Positions 18,280 to 29,001 are shown, numbered from the stretch's first letter. The stretch is 64,000 nt of DNA from Acidimicrobiia bacterium (GCA_036555105.1 DATBMA010000023.1:3786-67785); one strand, 5' to 3'. The notes: generated by a model not told the origin, from the letters alone. Translations and numbers: made by a program.

Positions 18280-19026
18280 ATGTCCGGACATTCGAAGTGG
18301 GCGACGATCAAGAGGAAGAAAGCGGCCAACGACGCCCGCCGCGGGCAGCTCTTCGGCAAGCTCATCAAGGCCGTCGAGGTGGCGGCTCGAGCGGGCGGGG
18401 GCGACCCGGGCGGCAACGCCACGTTGGCTGCGGCCATCGCCAAGGCCAGGTCCAACGCGGTGCCGGCCGACAACATCGAACGGGCCATAAAGCGGGCGAC
18501 CGGTGCCGGCGACGGCGCAACGTACGAGGAGATCTGGTACGAGGGCTACGCCCCGGGAGGGGTTGCCCTCTATGTTCAGGTCGTCACCGACAATCGGAAT
18601 CGAGCGGCCTCGGACGTTCGGGCCACTTTCACCCGCAACCACGGGAACCTCGGGGAGCCCGGCTCGGTCGGCTACCTGTTCGAGCAGAAGGGCTACCTGG
18701 AGGTGGCGGGAGAGGAGGACGCAGTGCTGATGGCTGCGCTCGAAGCCGGGGCCGAGGATGTCAAGCCAGGCGACGAAGAGGGATTCCAGGTCTACACCGC
18801 CCCCGCCGACCTGTTTCCGGTCCAGCGTGGGATCGAACAGGCCGGCTTGGCTGTTGCCTCGGCCGACCTCGTCCAGGTCCCCAAGACCTCGGTGCAACTC
18901 GACGCAGCCGGCGCCGCCAAGGTTCTGCGGCTGGTCGACGCCCTCGAGGACCTCGACGACGTCCAGGCGGTGTATGGCAATTACGAGATGGACGACGAGG
19001 TGATGGCCGCCCTCGCAGGCGACTGA
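18280..19026 (+). CDS. yebC: YebC/PmpR-family probable transcriptional regulator
   Basis: MSGHSKWATIKRKKAANDARRGQLFGKLIKAV N-terminus is diagnostic for YebC; GGAG RBS; start 3 nt after the pdxT stop. Confidence 0.9.
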   Translation: MSGHSKWATIKRKKAANDARRGQLFGKLIKAVEVAARAGGGDPGGNATLAAAIAKARSNAVPADNIERAIKRATGAGDGATYEEIWYEGYAPGGVALYVQVVTDNRNRAASDVRATFTRNHGNLGEPGSVGYLFEQKGYLEVAGEEDAVLMAALEAGAEDVKPGDEEGFQVYTAPADLFPVQRGIEQAGLAVASADLVQVPKTSVQLDAAGAAKVLRLVDALEDLDDVQAVYGNYEMDDEVMAALAGD

Positions 19027-19073
19027 GGCCAGGTTCCACTTCGACCAATACGGCCATCCCTAGGCTCTCCCGG

Positions 19074-19556
19074 ATGCTGGTCATGGGCATCGACCCCGGC
19101 CTCACAACCACCGGCTACGGGCTGGTGCGTGGGGGCGGCTCACCGCAAGCGGTGGTGGCGGGGGTCATCAGGACCGGTACCACCGATCCGACCTCCGAGC
19201 GCCTGCGGATTCTCCACGAGCAACTCCTGGCCTTGTTGCGGGAGACCGGGCCGGATGCTGTCGCCATCGAGCAGGTCTTCACCAACGCCAATCGACAGAC
19301 TGCGGTGGCGGTCGGAAGGGCTTCGGGGGTGGCCCTCCTGGCGGCGGCCCAGGCGGGCCTGCCTGTCTTCGAGTACACGCCGACCGGGGTCAAGGCGGCG
19401 GTGGCCGGAGATGGCGCCGCCGACAAGCGAGCGGTGGCGAGCATGGTGGCGCGTCGCCTGCGCCTGTCCGAGCCCCCCAGTCCGGCCGACGCCGCCGACG
19501 CTCTGGCGGTGGCCCTGTGCCATCTGCAAACTGCATTTGTGGAAGTGGCCTCATGA
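19074..19556 (+). CDS. ruvC: crossover junction endodeoxyribonuclease RuvC
   Basis: MLVMGIDPGLTTTGYGLV with catalytic Asp/Glu positions conserved; ~160 aa. Confidence 0.9.
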   Translation: MLVMGIDPGLTTTGYGLVRGGGSPQAVVAGVIRTGTTDPTSERLRILHEQLLALLRETGPDAVAIEQVFTNANRQTAVAVGRASGVALLAAAQAGLPVFEYTPTGVKAAVAGDGAADKRAVASMVARRLRLSEPPSPADAADALAVALCHLQTAFVEVAS

Positions 19557-20119
19557 TCGGCCGGCTGCGCGGGGTCCTGGTCGGGATCCGGCCGCAACAG
19601 GCGATAGTCGACGTCGCCGGGGTTGGCTACGAGGTGGCTGCCAGCCCCCGCACCCTGGCCGACCTACCCGGGGTGGGGGAGGAGGTCGTCATCCACACTC
19701 ATCTCGTGATGCGAGACGATGGGATGTCGCTGTACGGATTCAGCTCCGAGGGTGAGCGTGACCTGTTCAGGATGCTTCTTACCGTCTCCGGAATCGGGCC
19801 CAAGGTTGGGCTGTCGGTGCTCGGATCGATGAGCCCGACCGAGTTGCGCCGGGCCATCGCCGCCGAAGACGCCGACGCCATCGCCATCGCCCCTGGGCTG
19901 GGACGCAGAGGAGCGCAGAAGGTGATCCTCGAGCTCAAGCCCAAGCTCAATGACGGCGAGGCCGAGGTCGTCAGCGCCGGGGCCGGCGATCTGCGGCGGG
20001 CATTGGAAGGGTTGGGTTACACGGCCGCAGAGATCCGACCGGTGATGGCTTCGGTCGACCCAGGCCTGTCACTTCCCGAGCAGGTCCGGGCCGCCCTCAA
20101 GGAGCTAGGTCGGCCATGA
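19553..20119 (+). CDS. ruvA: Holliday junction DNA helicase RuvA
   Basis: MIGRLRGVL... with an OB-fold domain and helix-hairpin-helix pair; ATGA overlap with ruvC. Confidence 0.9.
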   Translation: MIGRLRGVLVGIRPQQAIVDVAGVGYEVAASPRTLADLPGVGEEVVIHTHLVMRDDGMSLYGFSSEGERDLFRMLLTVSGIGPKVGLSVLGSMSPTELRRAIAAEDADAIAIAPGLGRRGAQKVILELKPKLNDGEAEVVSAGAGDLRRALEGLGYTAAEIRPVMASVDPGLSLPEQVRAALKELGRP

Positions 20120-21132
20120 GAGAGGACTCGCTGCTCAGCCCGGTCGCCGCGGACGACGACCTCACCTTGAGGCCGCGCCGCCTCGACGAGTTCGTTGGTC
20201 AGGAGGCGGTAAAGGAGCGGCTTCGCATATCGATCGAAGCCGCCCGCTCCCAGGGCCGCCACCTCGACCACGTCCTGCTCTCCGGTCCACCCGGACTGGG
20301 CAAGACGACCTTGGCCGGCATCATCGCCGCCGAGCTCGACACCATCATGCGGATCACCTCCGGCCCAGCACTCGAGCGGGCGGGAGATGTCGCCGCCATC
20401 ATCTCCAACCTCGACCATGGCGGGGTCTTCTTCATCGATGAGATCCACCGGCTCCCACGAGCGGTGGAGGAAGTGCTCTACCCGGCGATGGAGGACTTCC
20501 AGCTCGACATCGTCTTGGGGAAGGGCCCTTCTGCTCAATCGATCCGGCTCGACCTGCCGAAGTTCACGCTGGTGGGAGCGACCACCAGGAAAGGGAAGGT
20601 GTCGGCGCCACTGCGCGACCGGTTCGGGATCGAGGACCGGCTCGACTACTACGGGGTGGACGACCTCTCCACCATCATCAGCCGCTCCGCTCGCATCCTC
20701 GAGGTCGACATCGATGTCGAGGCCGCACATCTCATTGCGAGCCGCAGCCGAGGCACGCCCCGCATCGCCAACCGGCTCCTGGCAAGGGTGCGCGACTACG
20801 CGGTGGCCCGGGCCGAGGGGGTGATCGACCTGACCGCCGCCGAGGATGGCCTGGTGATGTTCGAAGTCGACGGGCTGGGCCTGGACAAGGTCGATCGGGC
20901 GATCCTCGAGGCGATCATCGGCAAGTTCCAGGGCGGCCCGGTGGGGCTGGGGACCCTGGCCATCGCCGTGGGTGAGGAGCCGGAGACCGTTGAGGACGCC
21001 TACGAGCCGTTCCTCCTGCAGAGCGGGCTCATTCAACGGACATCGCGGGGTCGCCTCGCCACCACCCTGGCCTACCGCCACCTCGGTGTGGAGGCTCCGA
21101 AGGGCCCCGAGCAGGGCAAACTCCTCGACTGA
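20116..21132 (+). CDS. ruvB: Holliday junction branch migration ATPase RuvB
   Basis: [13 protein letters not shown], Walker [12 protein letters not shown], and AAA+ plus winged-helix domains; ATGA overlap with ruvA. Confidence 0.95.
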   Translation: MREDSLLSPVAADDDLTLRPRRLDEFVGQEAVKERLRISIEAARSQGRHLDHVLLSGPPGLGKTTLAGIIAAELDTIMRITSGPALERAGDVAAIISNLDHGGVFFIDEIHRLPRAVEEVLYPAMEDFQLDIVLGKGPSAQSIRLDLPKFTLVGATTRKGKVSAPLRDRFGIEDRLDYYGVDDLSTIISRSARILEVDIDVEAAHLIASRSRGTPRIANRLLARVRDYAVARAEGVIDLTAAEDGLVMFEVDGLGLDKVDRAILEAIIGKFQGGPVGLGTLAIAVGEEPETVEDAYEPFLLQSGLIQRTSRGRLATTLAYRHLGVEAPKGPEQGKLLD

Positions 21133-21174
21133 AGAGTCTCATGTCTCAAGACCCGAGACTCAAGCTGTGAGTCG

Positions 21175-22182
21175 TTGAAGACTTCCGAGTTTCGTTACGA
21201 GCTGCCGGAGGCGTCGATTGCCCAGGAGCCGGTGGAGCCCCGACATGCGGCCCGCCTGCTCGACACCCGCGACCTCAGTGATCACCGCTTCCTCGACCTG
21301 GCCGACCTGCTCGAGCCTGGGGACCTGGTGGTCGTCAACCGCACCAGGGTCCGGGCGGCGCGAATGCGGGGCCATAGGTCCGGAGGAGGGCAAGCCGAAG
21401 CCCTCTTGTTGAAGCCCCTCGGGGCCGATCGGTGGGAGGCGCTTCTGCGACCCGCCCGCAAGCTCGGGCCCGGGACCAGATTGACATTGGGCGAGATCGA
21501 AGCAGAGGTGGTCGAGCAACTCGGCGAGGGACTGGCGGTGGTGGAGCTCCGCGGACCGGAGGACATCGAGGATGCCATTGCTCGGTCGGGAGAAGTGCCG
21601 CTCCCCCCATACTTCAAGGGCAAGCTGGCGGACCCCGAGCGATATCAAACGATGTTCGCTCGCAATCCCGATTCGGCGGCGGCTCCCACCGCCGGTCTCC
21701 ACTTCACGCCGCAGGTGGTCTCGCGGCTGGAAGCTCGCGACATCCGCCTCAGCGCGGTCGACCTCGAGGTCGGCCTCGACACCTTCCGCCCGATCACCTC
21801 TGCCAGGATCGAAGATCACCGGATCCACCGCGAGCGCTACCGACTGGATGATGTCTGTGCAGGCGAAGTCGCGGCAGCCCGTTCTCGGCAAGGTCGGGTG
21901 GTGGCGATCGGGACAACCGTGGTGCGGGTGCTCGAGACCACCGGGATGGGAGACGGATCGGTGGAGGTCGGCGAGGGCGAGACCAACCTCTACATCACCC
22001 CAGGATACGAGTTCAAAGTGGTCGATCTGATGGTCACGAACTTCCACCTCCCAGGCACCACCCTGATCGTGCTCGTGGCTGCCTTCATGGGAGCTGGATG
22101 GCGCCGGGCCTATGAGGCTGCCTTGGCCCGGGGTTATCGATTTCTCTCCTTCGGAGATGCCATGCTCACCGCCCGCGCATGA
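21175..22182 (+). CDS. queA: S-adenosylmethionine:tRNA ribosyltransferase-isomerase QueA
   Basis: (M)KTSEFRYELPEASIAQEP ... VAIGTTVVRVLE; TTG start codon. Confidence 0.9.
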   Translation: MKTSEFRYELPEASIAQEPVEPRHAARLLDTRDLSDHRFLDLADLLEPGDLVVVNRTRVRAARMRGHRSGGGQAEALLLKPLGADRWEALLRPARKLGPGTRLTLGEIEAEVVEQLGEGLAVVELRGPEDIEDAIARSGEVPLPPYFKGKLADPERYQTMFARNPDSAAAPTAGLHFTPQVVSRLEARDIRLSAVDLEVGLDTFRPITSARIEDHRIHRERYRLDDVCAGEVAAARSRQGRVVAIGTTVVRVLETTGMGDGSVEVGEGETNLYITPGYEFKVVDLMVTNFHLPGTTLIVLVAAFMGAGWRRAYEAALARGYRFLSFGDAMLTARA

Positions 22183-23294
22183 CCTTTCGTTGGGACAAGC
22201 AGACCGAGTCCGGACGCGCAAGGAATGGTCTTATGACCACTCCCCATGGTGAGGTGTTGACCCCGGCCTTCATGGCGGTGGGAACTCGGGCTGCGGTGCG
22301 GGCGGTCGACGTGGACGATCTGGCGGCTGTAGGAGCAGAGATCGTTCTGGCCAACACTTATCACCTGATGCTGCGGCCGGGGGCAGAGGTGGTCAGATCG
22401 GCCGGTGGGCTGCATCCCTTCTGGGGATGGGACAGGCCGATTCTCACCGATTCCGGCGGCTACCAGCTCTTCTCTTTGCAGCCGACCATCAGCGAAGATG
22501 GCGCTGGATTCCGCTCGACCTACGACGGCTCCTCGGTCACCTTGACCCCGGAGCAGGCGGTGGCGATACAAGAGGCGCTGGGAGCCGACATCGCGATGGC
22601 ACTCGATGTCTGCATCGGCCTTCCGAGCTCGGCCGATCTCGTGAAAGCGGCGATGGACCGCACCTTGCGGTGGGCCGAGCGGGCGCTAGCTGTCCGCAGC
22701 CGTAACGATCAGGCACTATTCGGGATCGTGCAAGGCGGGTCCGACCCCGTTCTCCGGGCAACCAGCGCGAGGCTCACCGCAGAGCTCGGGTTCCCCGGTT
22801 TCGGGATCGGGGGCCTGGCGGTCGGGGAGGGACCAGAGGAGCGAGCCAGCTCCATCGATGCGGTCGTGTCCAAGCTCCCAGACGACAAGCCGAGGTACCT
22901 GATGGGTCTCGGGGACCCAGAGGGCGTGCTCGAGGCAATAGCTCGTGGTATCGACCTCTTCGACTGCGTCTGGCCCACCCGGCTGGCCCGCCACGGTCGA
23001 GTACTAACCGACGACGGAGACTTCAACCTGCGCAGGGCCGAGTTCGCCGAAGACCTGCGACCCCTGGGGGCGAGTTGCGACTGCGGTACCTGCCGGCGCC
23101 ATCACCGGAGCTACCTCAGACACCTGCTGATGACCGGGGAGATGAGCGCGTTCCGTCTGATCTCGATCCACAATCTGCATTTCACGCTGGGGCTGATGGG
23201 GCGGGCAAGAGCGGCGATCGCCGACGGCTCGTTCGACGACCTCCGGCGCGACCACATGGCGCGCCGACTCCGCTCAAGCCGGCTGGACCGCTAA
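22179..23294 (+). CDS. tgt: tRNA-guanine transglycosylase (queuine tRNA-ribosyltransferase)
   Basis: HGEVLTPAFMAVGT, LANTYHL, DSGGYQ and a C-terminal zinc site CDCGTCRRH; ATGA overlap with queA. Confidence 0.95.
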   Translation: MTFRWDKQTESGRARNGLMTTPHGEVLTPAFMAVGTRAAVRAVDVDDLAAVGAEIVLANTYHLMLRPGAEVVRSAGGLHPFWGWDRPILTDSGGYQLFSLQPTISEDGAGFRSTYDGSSVTLTPEQAVAIQEALGADIAMALDVCIGLPSSADLVKAAMDRTLRWAERALAVRSRNDQALFGIVQGGSDPVLRATSARLTAELGFPGFGIGGLAVGEGPEERASSIDAVVSKLPDDKPRYLMGLGDPEGVLEAIARGIDLFDCVWPTRLARHGRVLTDDGDFNLRRAEFAEDLRPLGASCDCGTCRRHHRSYLRHLLMTGEMSAFRLISIHNLHFTLGLMGRARAAIADGSFDDLRRDHMARRLRSSRLDR

Positions 23295-23329
23295 CCTCGG
23301 TGCCTCCACACAACGGATCTCTCCTGAAC

Positions 23330-23626
23330 TTGCCCGTTTTCTTCGCCCAGGCCGCAACCACCGGAAGCCCCCTCGTCTCCTATCTCTTCCTCGGGGGCAT
23401 GGTCGCCCTCATGTACTTCTTCATGATCAGGCCCCAGCGCAATCGGGCCAAGGCTCAACAGGAGCTGACCGCATCCCTTGAGCTCGGCGACAAGGTCACC
23501 ACGATCGGTGGGATGCACGGGGTAGTGCGGGCGCTTGACGAGACATCAGTGGTCATCGAGCTGGAGCAGGGCAGAGTGCGGGTGGAGCGGCGGGCGATTG
23601 CCAGCCGACGCAATTCGACGAGCTGA
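23330..23626 (+). CDS. yajC: preprotein translocase subunit YajC
   Basis: TM helix then MYFFMIRPQRNRAKAQQEL and VTTIGGMHGVV; start uncertain (TTG 23330 or GTG 23300). Confidence 0.7.
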   Translation: MPVFFAQAATTGSPLVSYLFLGGMVALMYFFMIRPQRNRAKAQQELTASLELGDKVTTIGGMHGVVRALDETSVVIELEQGRVRVERRAIASRRNSTS

Positions 23627-23629
23627 AGC

Positions 23630-25180
23630 ATGCGCCGCCGCCTGATCGGTCTGATTGTCGTCCTCATCGTCGCCTGGGGGGGCGTGGCCCTCGCCTACTA
23701 CTACGGCCTCACCCCGCGGCTGGGCCTGGATCTACAGGGGGGAACCTCGGTCGTGCTCACCGCACCGGCCGGTACCCCGACAGACGTCGTCGACGTGGCC
23801 ATCGGCATCATGAACGACCGTATCGAGGCGGCCGGAGTGCAAGAACCCGAGATCACCAAACAGGGCAACAGCACCGTTTTGGTCCAGTTGCCAGGGGTTG
23901 AGGACGAGGAGCGGGCGCTACGAGCATTGGGGCAGACCGGCTTCCTGTCCTTCCGGCCGGTGATCGGCATCACTGCCGGATCGGTAGGTCCCTCGGCTAC
24001 CACGACCACAACCGCCAGCCCTTCTTCCACCACCTCCGGGACCGGCTCGACCAGCACGTCGGCAGCGCCGACCAGTTCGATCACCACTGCCGCTTCCTCC
24101 ACAACCGTCACCACTACTCCGGGATCGACCACTACCACGACCCTCCCCCCCAACACCGATCCCGAGACCGGGCTGACCAATCCCGACGACCCGACGAATG
24201 AGGCCTACCTGCTGTACGAGCCTGCCGAGGGTACGCCCGAGGTATTGCACGTTGGGCCAGCCGATCTCGTCGGCTCGGACGTGGCAGATGCAATACCGGT
24301 GTTCGACACCACCCAGGGTCAATGGGTGGTCCGCCTCGAGCTCACATCAGAGGGCACGGACAAGTTCGCAGCGATGACGGCCGAGGCGGCGTCGTACCCG
24401 ATTGGCGATCCCCGCCGGAACATTGCCATCGTCCTCGATGGTGACGTGATCACCGCCCCGTCCGTGGCCACCGACGTAGATCCCTCGACCGGCATCACCG
24501 GGGGCACCGCCATCATCACCTTCGGGTCGAGCGCCGATGCCGAGCAGGAGGCACAGGACACCGCGGTCATCCTGCGATACGGTTCCTTGCCAGTTTCCTT
24601 CGAGGTATCGGCCGTGCAAAAGGTGTCGGCCAGCCTCGGTTCGGACTCCCTTCGTCTGGGGATCATCTCCGGGCTGGTAGGCCTCTTACTGGTGGCAACC
24701 CTGCTGATGGTGGTCTACCGGTCGCTCGGGGCGCTGGCGGTGGTGGGCCTGTCGGTGTTCGGCGCCCTGTTGTTGTTGGTTTTCGGATTGCTCGGCGCCA
24801 CCCAGGGTCTGACCTTGACCCTCGCCGGGGTCACCGGCGTGATCATCTCGGTCGGCATCACTGCCGACTCATACATCGTCTATTTCGAGCGTATCAAAGA
24901 GGAGATGGGTGAGGGCCTCACCATGCGGGCGGCAGTGGACGACGGGTACAGAGCTGCGTTCAGGACGATCATCACGGCCGACATCGTCAGCTTGTTGGCG
25001 GCCATCCTTCTGTACTGGCTCGCGGTCGGGCCGGTCAAGGGCTTTGCCCTTTCGCTCGGGATAGCCACCGTGCTCGACCTCGTGATCTTCCGTGTCTACA
25101 CAAGGCGGGCGGCCTGGCTGCTGGCCCGGACGGGTGTCGGTGAGCACGGCCCCGTATCGATCGAGGCGCTGAGAGGATGA
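23630..25180 (+). CDS. secD: protein translocase subunit SecD (with Thr/Ser-rich periplasmic insert)
   Basis: GLDLQGGTSVVL motif and SecD periplasmic/TM organisation; ~60-aa T/S/P-rich low-complexity insert (residues ~120-185). Confidence 0.95.
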   Translation: MRRRLIGLIVVLIVAWGGVALAYYYGLTPRLGLDLQGGTSVVLTAPAGTPTDVVDVAIGIMNDRIEAAGVQEPEITKQGNSTVLVQLPGVEDEERALRALGQTGFLSFRPVIGITAGSVGPSATTTTTASPSSTTSGTGSTSTSAAPTSSITTAASSTTVTTTPGSTTTTTLPPNTDPETGLTNPDDPTNEAYLLYEPAEGTPEVLHVGPADLVGSDVADAIPVFDTTQGQWVVRLELTSEGTDKFAAMTAEAASYPIGDPRRNIAIVLDGDVITAPSVATDVDPSTGITGGTAIITFGSSADAEQEAQDTAVILRYGSLPVSFEVSAVQKVSASLGSDSLRLGIISGLVGLLLVATLLMVVYRSLGALAVVGLSVFGALLLLVFGLLGATQGLTLTLAGVTGVIISVGITADSYIVYFERIKEEMGEGLTMRAAVDDGYRAAFRTIITADIVSLLAAILLYWLAVGPVKGFALSLGIATVLDLVIFRVYTRRAAWLLARTGVGEHGPVSIEALRG

Positions 25181-26286
25181 GTCACTGGAACAACGTCGTG
25201 CACGGGCGAACCCACATCGACTTCGTGGGTAAGCGCCGCATCTGGTTCGCGGTAGCGGCCGGGTTGATGGTCGTCTCCATCCTCAGCCTGATCACCCGTG
25301 GCCTCGATCTCAGTCTCGACTTCACAGGTGGACTTTCGGCATCGGGCCCCAACCCGGCCGCGGCGAGCGTCGCCGACTTCCGATCGGCCCTGGCGCCTCT
25401 GGGTGTCGCCGATGCCCAGATCCAATTGCTTGGTGACGGGGAGGCCTTCCTGGTCGAGACGGGGGTACTGCCCCTGGAGACCCAGTCCGACATGCTCGAC
25501 ACGCTGGCCGCCACAGCCGGCACGGATCGAGCCTCGATCTCTGTGGAGTCGGTAGGCCCGTCGTTCGGGAGTCTGGTCGCCAACAAGGCTCTCATCGCTC
25601 TCGCCTCCTTCCTGGCGGTAGCTGCCATCTGGATCACCATCAGGTTGGGGGAGTGGAAGATGGCAGGCGCCGCCCTCCTGGCCTTGCTCCACGATGTGGT
25701 GCTGACTGCCGGCATCTATTCGATCACCGGTTTCCAAGTGAGCCCCGCCACCGTGGTGGCATTCCTCACCATCCTCGGCTACTCGATGTATGACACGGTG
25801 GTGGTGTTCGACAAGGTGGGTGAGATTGCCGAGGAGCGCGCCAACCGTGACACCTACTCGAACATCGTGAACACCGCCGCCAATCGGGTGCTGTTCAGAT
25901 CAATGATGACCTCACTGACCTCATTGCTGCCCGTTGGGGCGATCCTCTTCATCGGTGCGTTCATATTCGGGGCTGCCTCGCTGCAGGACTTTGCACTTGC
26001 CCTGTTCGTGGGGATAGGAGCCGGGACCTATTCATCCCTTTTCGTGGCCGCCCCCATCCTGGCGGTGTGGAAGGAGTCAGAGGAGGAGTGGGCAGGGCGC
26101 CGCCGCAAACTGGAGAGCAAGTCGGCCGCCGCCAAGGTCTCTGCCACGGCCCCAGTGGCACCTGCGCCCGAACCTCTACCGCCGCCCGCCCAGCTCGTCG
26201 GGGAGGGGCCCGAGCAGCCAGCTCGTCCGGCCCGGGCGCCCGGAAGTGGGGCAAAGCCGCGGCCTCCCAAGAAGAAGCGGCGCTGA
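25177..26286 (+). CDS. secF: protein translocase subunit SecF (with Ala/Pro/Lys-rich C-terminal tail)
   Basis: LDFTGG motif and 6 TM segments; ATGA overlap with secD; ~70-aa low-complexity tail ending PRPPKKKRR. Confidence 0.95.
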   Translation: MSHWNNVVHGRTHIDFVGKRRIWFAVAAGLMVVSILSLITRGLDLSLDFTGGLSASGPNPAAASVADFRSALAPLGVADAQIQLLGDGEAFLVETGVLPLETQSDMLDTLAATAGTDRASISVESVGPSFGSLVANKALIALASFLAVAAIWITIRLGEWKMAGAALLALLHDVVLTAGIYSITGFQVSPATVVAFLTILGYSMYDTVVVFDKVGEIAEERANRDTYSNIVNTAANRVLFRSMMTSLTSLLPVGAILFIGAFIFGAASLQDFALALFVGIGAGTYSSLFVAAPILAVWKESEEEWAGRRRKLESKSAAAKVSATAPVAPAPEPLPPPAQLVGEGPEQPARPARAPGSGAKPRPPKKKRR

Positions 26287-26330
26287 ATAGGGGGCCGGGT
26301 GTCGGTACCGGCTGCCCTTAGACTCCCCGC

Positions 26331-26846
26331 GTGGACCTGATCGCACTCATCCGAGACATTCCCGACTTCCCAGAGCCCGGAATCGTCTTCAAGGACATAA
26401 CCCCGGTGCTGGCTGACCCGTCGGCCTTCGGGCAGCTGATCGACCTGATCGCCGACCCCCACAGGGACGCCCGAGTGACCAAGGTTGCCGGCATCGAAGC
26501 GCGGGGGTTCACGCTCGCCGCTCCGGTCGCGGAGAAGCTCGAAGCAGGATTCATCCCGCTGCGTAAGCCAGGCAAGCTGCCCTACCGAACCATTCGTGAG
26601 GAGTACAGCCTCGAGTACGGGGCCGACGCACTCGAGATGCATGTCGATGCGGTCGACCAAGGCGAGCGAGTGTTGGTGGTCGACGACGTCATCGCCACCG
26701 GTGGCACGGCCGCTGCAGCCATCAGGCTGCTCCGTGGGGCCGGGGCGGAGGTCGTTGGTTGCAGCGTCTTCATTGAGCTCGGCTTCCTGAACGGACGCGC
26801 CATGATCGGCGACGTCCCCTTCCATGCAATCCACCGGGTCGACTGA
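26331..26846 (+). CDS. apt: adenine phosphoribosyltransferase
   Basis: 171 aa with the PRPP-binding motif VLVVDDVIATGGTAAA; GTG start. Confidence 0.9.
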   Translation: MDLIALIRDIPDFPEPGIVFKDITPVLADPSAFGQLIDLIADPHRDARVTKVAGIEARGFTLAAPVAEKLEAGFIPLRKPGKLPYRTIREEYSLEYGADALEMHVDAVDQGERVLVVDDVIATGGTAAAAIRLLRGAGAEVVGCSVFIELGFLNGRAMIGDVPFHAIHRVD

Positions 26847-28995
26847 AGCCCTCGACGGCATTCTTACAGCGTTCGCCCAACACCATCCGGAGGGCGATCG
26901 GGATCTAGTCCTGCGGGCGCATGCCCTGGCCACCCACGCCCATTCTGGACAACTTCGCAAGTCGGGTGACCCCTTCATCACCCACCCGGAGATGGTCACC
27001 AAGCTCCTTGCGGAGTACGGGCTGGACGCCCCCGCCCTGGCCGCGGCATTGCTCCACGACACGGTCGAGGACACCAATCTCTCGCTGACCGAAATCGAGT
27101 CCGAGTTCGGCTCAGAGGTGGCCGGCCTCATCGACGGTGTCACCAAGCTCGACCGAATCTCTTACTCGAGCCCCCAGCAGGCGCAGGCGGCAACGATCAG
27201 GAAGATGGCCGTGGCCATGGCCCAGGACTTGAGAGTGCTGCTCATCAAGCTGGCCGACCGTCTCCACAACATCCGCACCATCTCCGCTCTGCGGCTCGAG
27301 AAGCAGGAGCGGGTGGCCAGGGAGACTCTGGACGTCTATGCGCCGCTGGCCCATCGGCTCGGGGTGCAGGAGATCAAGCACGAGCTGGAGGATCGCTGCT
27401 TCGCCATCCTCGAGCCGGCAATGTTCGTGGAGATCGAGGCGATGTTGGCCGAGCGCGCTCCGGAGCGTGAGCTCTATCTGGAAAAGGTCATCGCCGAGGT
27501 CGGAGGCGCCCTGGCCGATGCGGGCGTCGAAGCAGAAGTAACAGGTCGCCCGAAGCACCTCTACTCGGTGTATCGCAAGATGGTGGAAACCGGGCGGCCG
27601 TTCTCCGAGATTCACGACCTAATCGGAATCAGGGTGATCGTCCCCGACACCCGCGCTTGCTACGCGGCACTTGGCCTCGTTCATTCGATGTGGGTCCCGA
27701 TTTCCGGGCGATTCAAGGACTACATCGCCATGCCCAAGTTCAACCTCTATCAGAGCCTGCACACCACGGTGGTGGGACCCGAGGGGAGGCCGCTCGAGGT
27801 TCAGATCCGCACGCCGGAGATGCATCGACTGGCTGAGTCGGGAGTGGCGGCCCACTGGCGTTACAAGGAAGGGCCGGGAGCGGAGGCGCTCGAATGGGTC
27901 GGGGACGTCCGCTCCTTGCTGGAGGCAGCGGATCCGGAGGAGTTCCTCGACCAGCTGAAGCTCGATCTCTACCAAGACGAGGTTTTCGTCCTCACCCCGG
28001 CGGGAGACGTCAAGACATTGCCGCGGGGAGCCACCACGGTCGACTTCGCATACGCGGTGCACTCAGAGGTGGGGAGCCGATGCGTGGGGGCCAGGGTCAA
28101 CGGACGGCTGGTGCCCCTTTCCACCCGGCTGGAGTCGGGTGACATCGTGGAGGTCATCACCTCCAAGGCGATCGACTCAGGGCCCAGTCGCGACTGGCTC
28201 AATTTCGTTCGCACCTCCCGTGCCAAGACGAAGATCAAGGCCCACTTCCTGAAGGAGCGACGCGAGCAGGCACTAGCCGAGGGCAGAGACCAGGTGTTAG
28301 CTGCTCTTCGCAAAGAAGGCCTGGGTCTGGGAGCTGCCGAGCGGGAGCGGTTGCTTGCAGATGTCGCCACCGACCTGGGGCGACCCGATCTCGATTCCCT
28401 GTACGTATCGGTGGGAGAAGGGTCCGTCGCCGCCTCGACCGTGGCGGGCCGCTTGGTGCGAGTCGTGCGCCCGGAGGAAGAAGAGGCCGAGGACTTGCTG
28501 GCCCCACCGAGGGCCCGTACCCCCTCACAGCCGGGGGCCGGGATCATTGTCGAAGGCATGGACGACATGCTCGTGCGGGTTGCTCGCTGCTGCGCACCCG
28601 TGCCAGGGGATCAGATCGTTGGCTTCGTGACAGTCGGCCGGGGTGTCTCGGTGCACCGCTCGGACTGCACGAACGTCTCCTCTCTGTCGGAACAGAGAGA
28701 ACGGATGGTGGAGGTGTCATGGCCGCCCGAGAGGGTCGGGAGGTTCGCGGTTTGGGTGCAGGTGGAAGCTCTCGACCGGACCAAGCTGCTCCGGGATGTC
28801 ACCGCCGCCATCTCCGACCTGGGCGGGAACATCGCGGCTTCGTCGTCTGTGACCGGCCGCGACCGCGTCGCCATCCTCCGATACGAGGTGGAGCTTTCGG
28901 ATTCCGAGCAGCTCCAGCGCCTCCTGGCTGATCTCCGGGGCGTGGACGGAGTGTTTGCCGCCTACCGCCTCGTCACCGAGGCACCCTCGGCTTGA
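26824..28995 (+). CDS. relA: bifunctional (p)ppGpp synthetase/hydrolase Rel
   Basis: 723 aa; HD hydrolase domain (HD...ED), synthetase domain (RVKHLYSVYRKM), and TGS, zinc-finger and ACT C-terminal domains; start overlaps apt by 23 nt. Confidence 0.95.
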   Translation: MQSTGSTEALDGILTAFAQHHPEGDRDLVLRAHALATHAHSGQLRKSGDPFITHPEMVTKLLAEYGLDAPALAAALLHDTVEDTNLSLTEIESEFGSEVAGLIDGVTKLDRISYSSPQQAQAATIRKMAVAMAQDLRVLLIKLADRLHNIRTISALRLEKQERVARETLDVYAPLAHRLGVQEIKHELEDRCFAILEPAMFVEIEAMLAERAPERELYLEKVIAEVGGALADAGVEAEVTGRPKHLYSVYRKMVETGRPFSEIHDLIGIRVIVPDTRACYAALGLVHSMWVPISGRFKDYIAMPKFNLYQSLHTTVVGPEGRPLEVQIRTPEMHRLAESGVAAHWRYKEGPGAEALEWVGDVRSLLEAADPEEFLDQLKLDLYQDEVFVLTPAGDVKTLPRGATTVDFAYAVHSEVGSRCVGARVNGRLVPLSTRLESGDIVEVITSKAIDSGPSRDWLNFVRTSRAKTKIKAHFLKERREQALAEGRDQVLAALRKEGLGLGAAERERLLADVATDLGRPDLDSLYVSVGEGSVAASTVAGRLVRVVRPEEEEAEDLLAPPRARTPSQPGAGIIVEGMDDMLVRVARCCAPVPGDQIVGFVTVGRGVSVHRSDCTNVSSLSEQRERMVEVSWPPERVGRFAVWVQVEALDRTKLLRDVTAAISDLGGNIAASSSVTGRDRVAILRYEVELSDSEQLQRLLADLRGVDGVFAAYRLVTEAPSA

Positions 28996-29001
28996 CCGAA
29001 C

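Noticed and set aside
26028-27146. 372-aa minus-strand ORF antisense to secF/apt/rel
   Set aside because: Antisense artefact spanning three real genes
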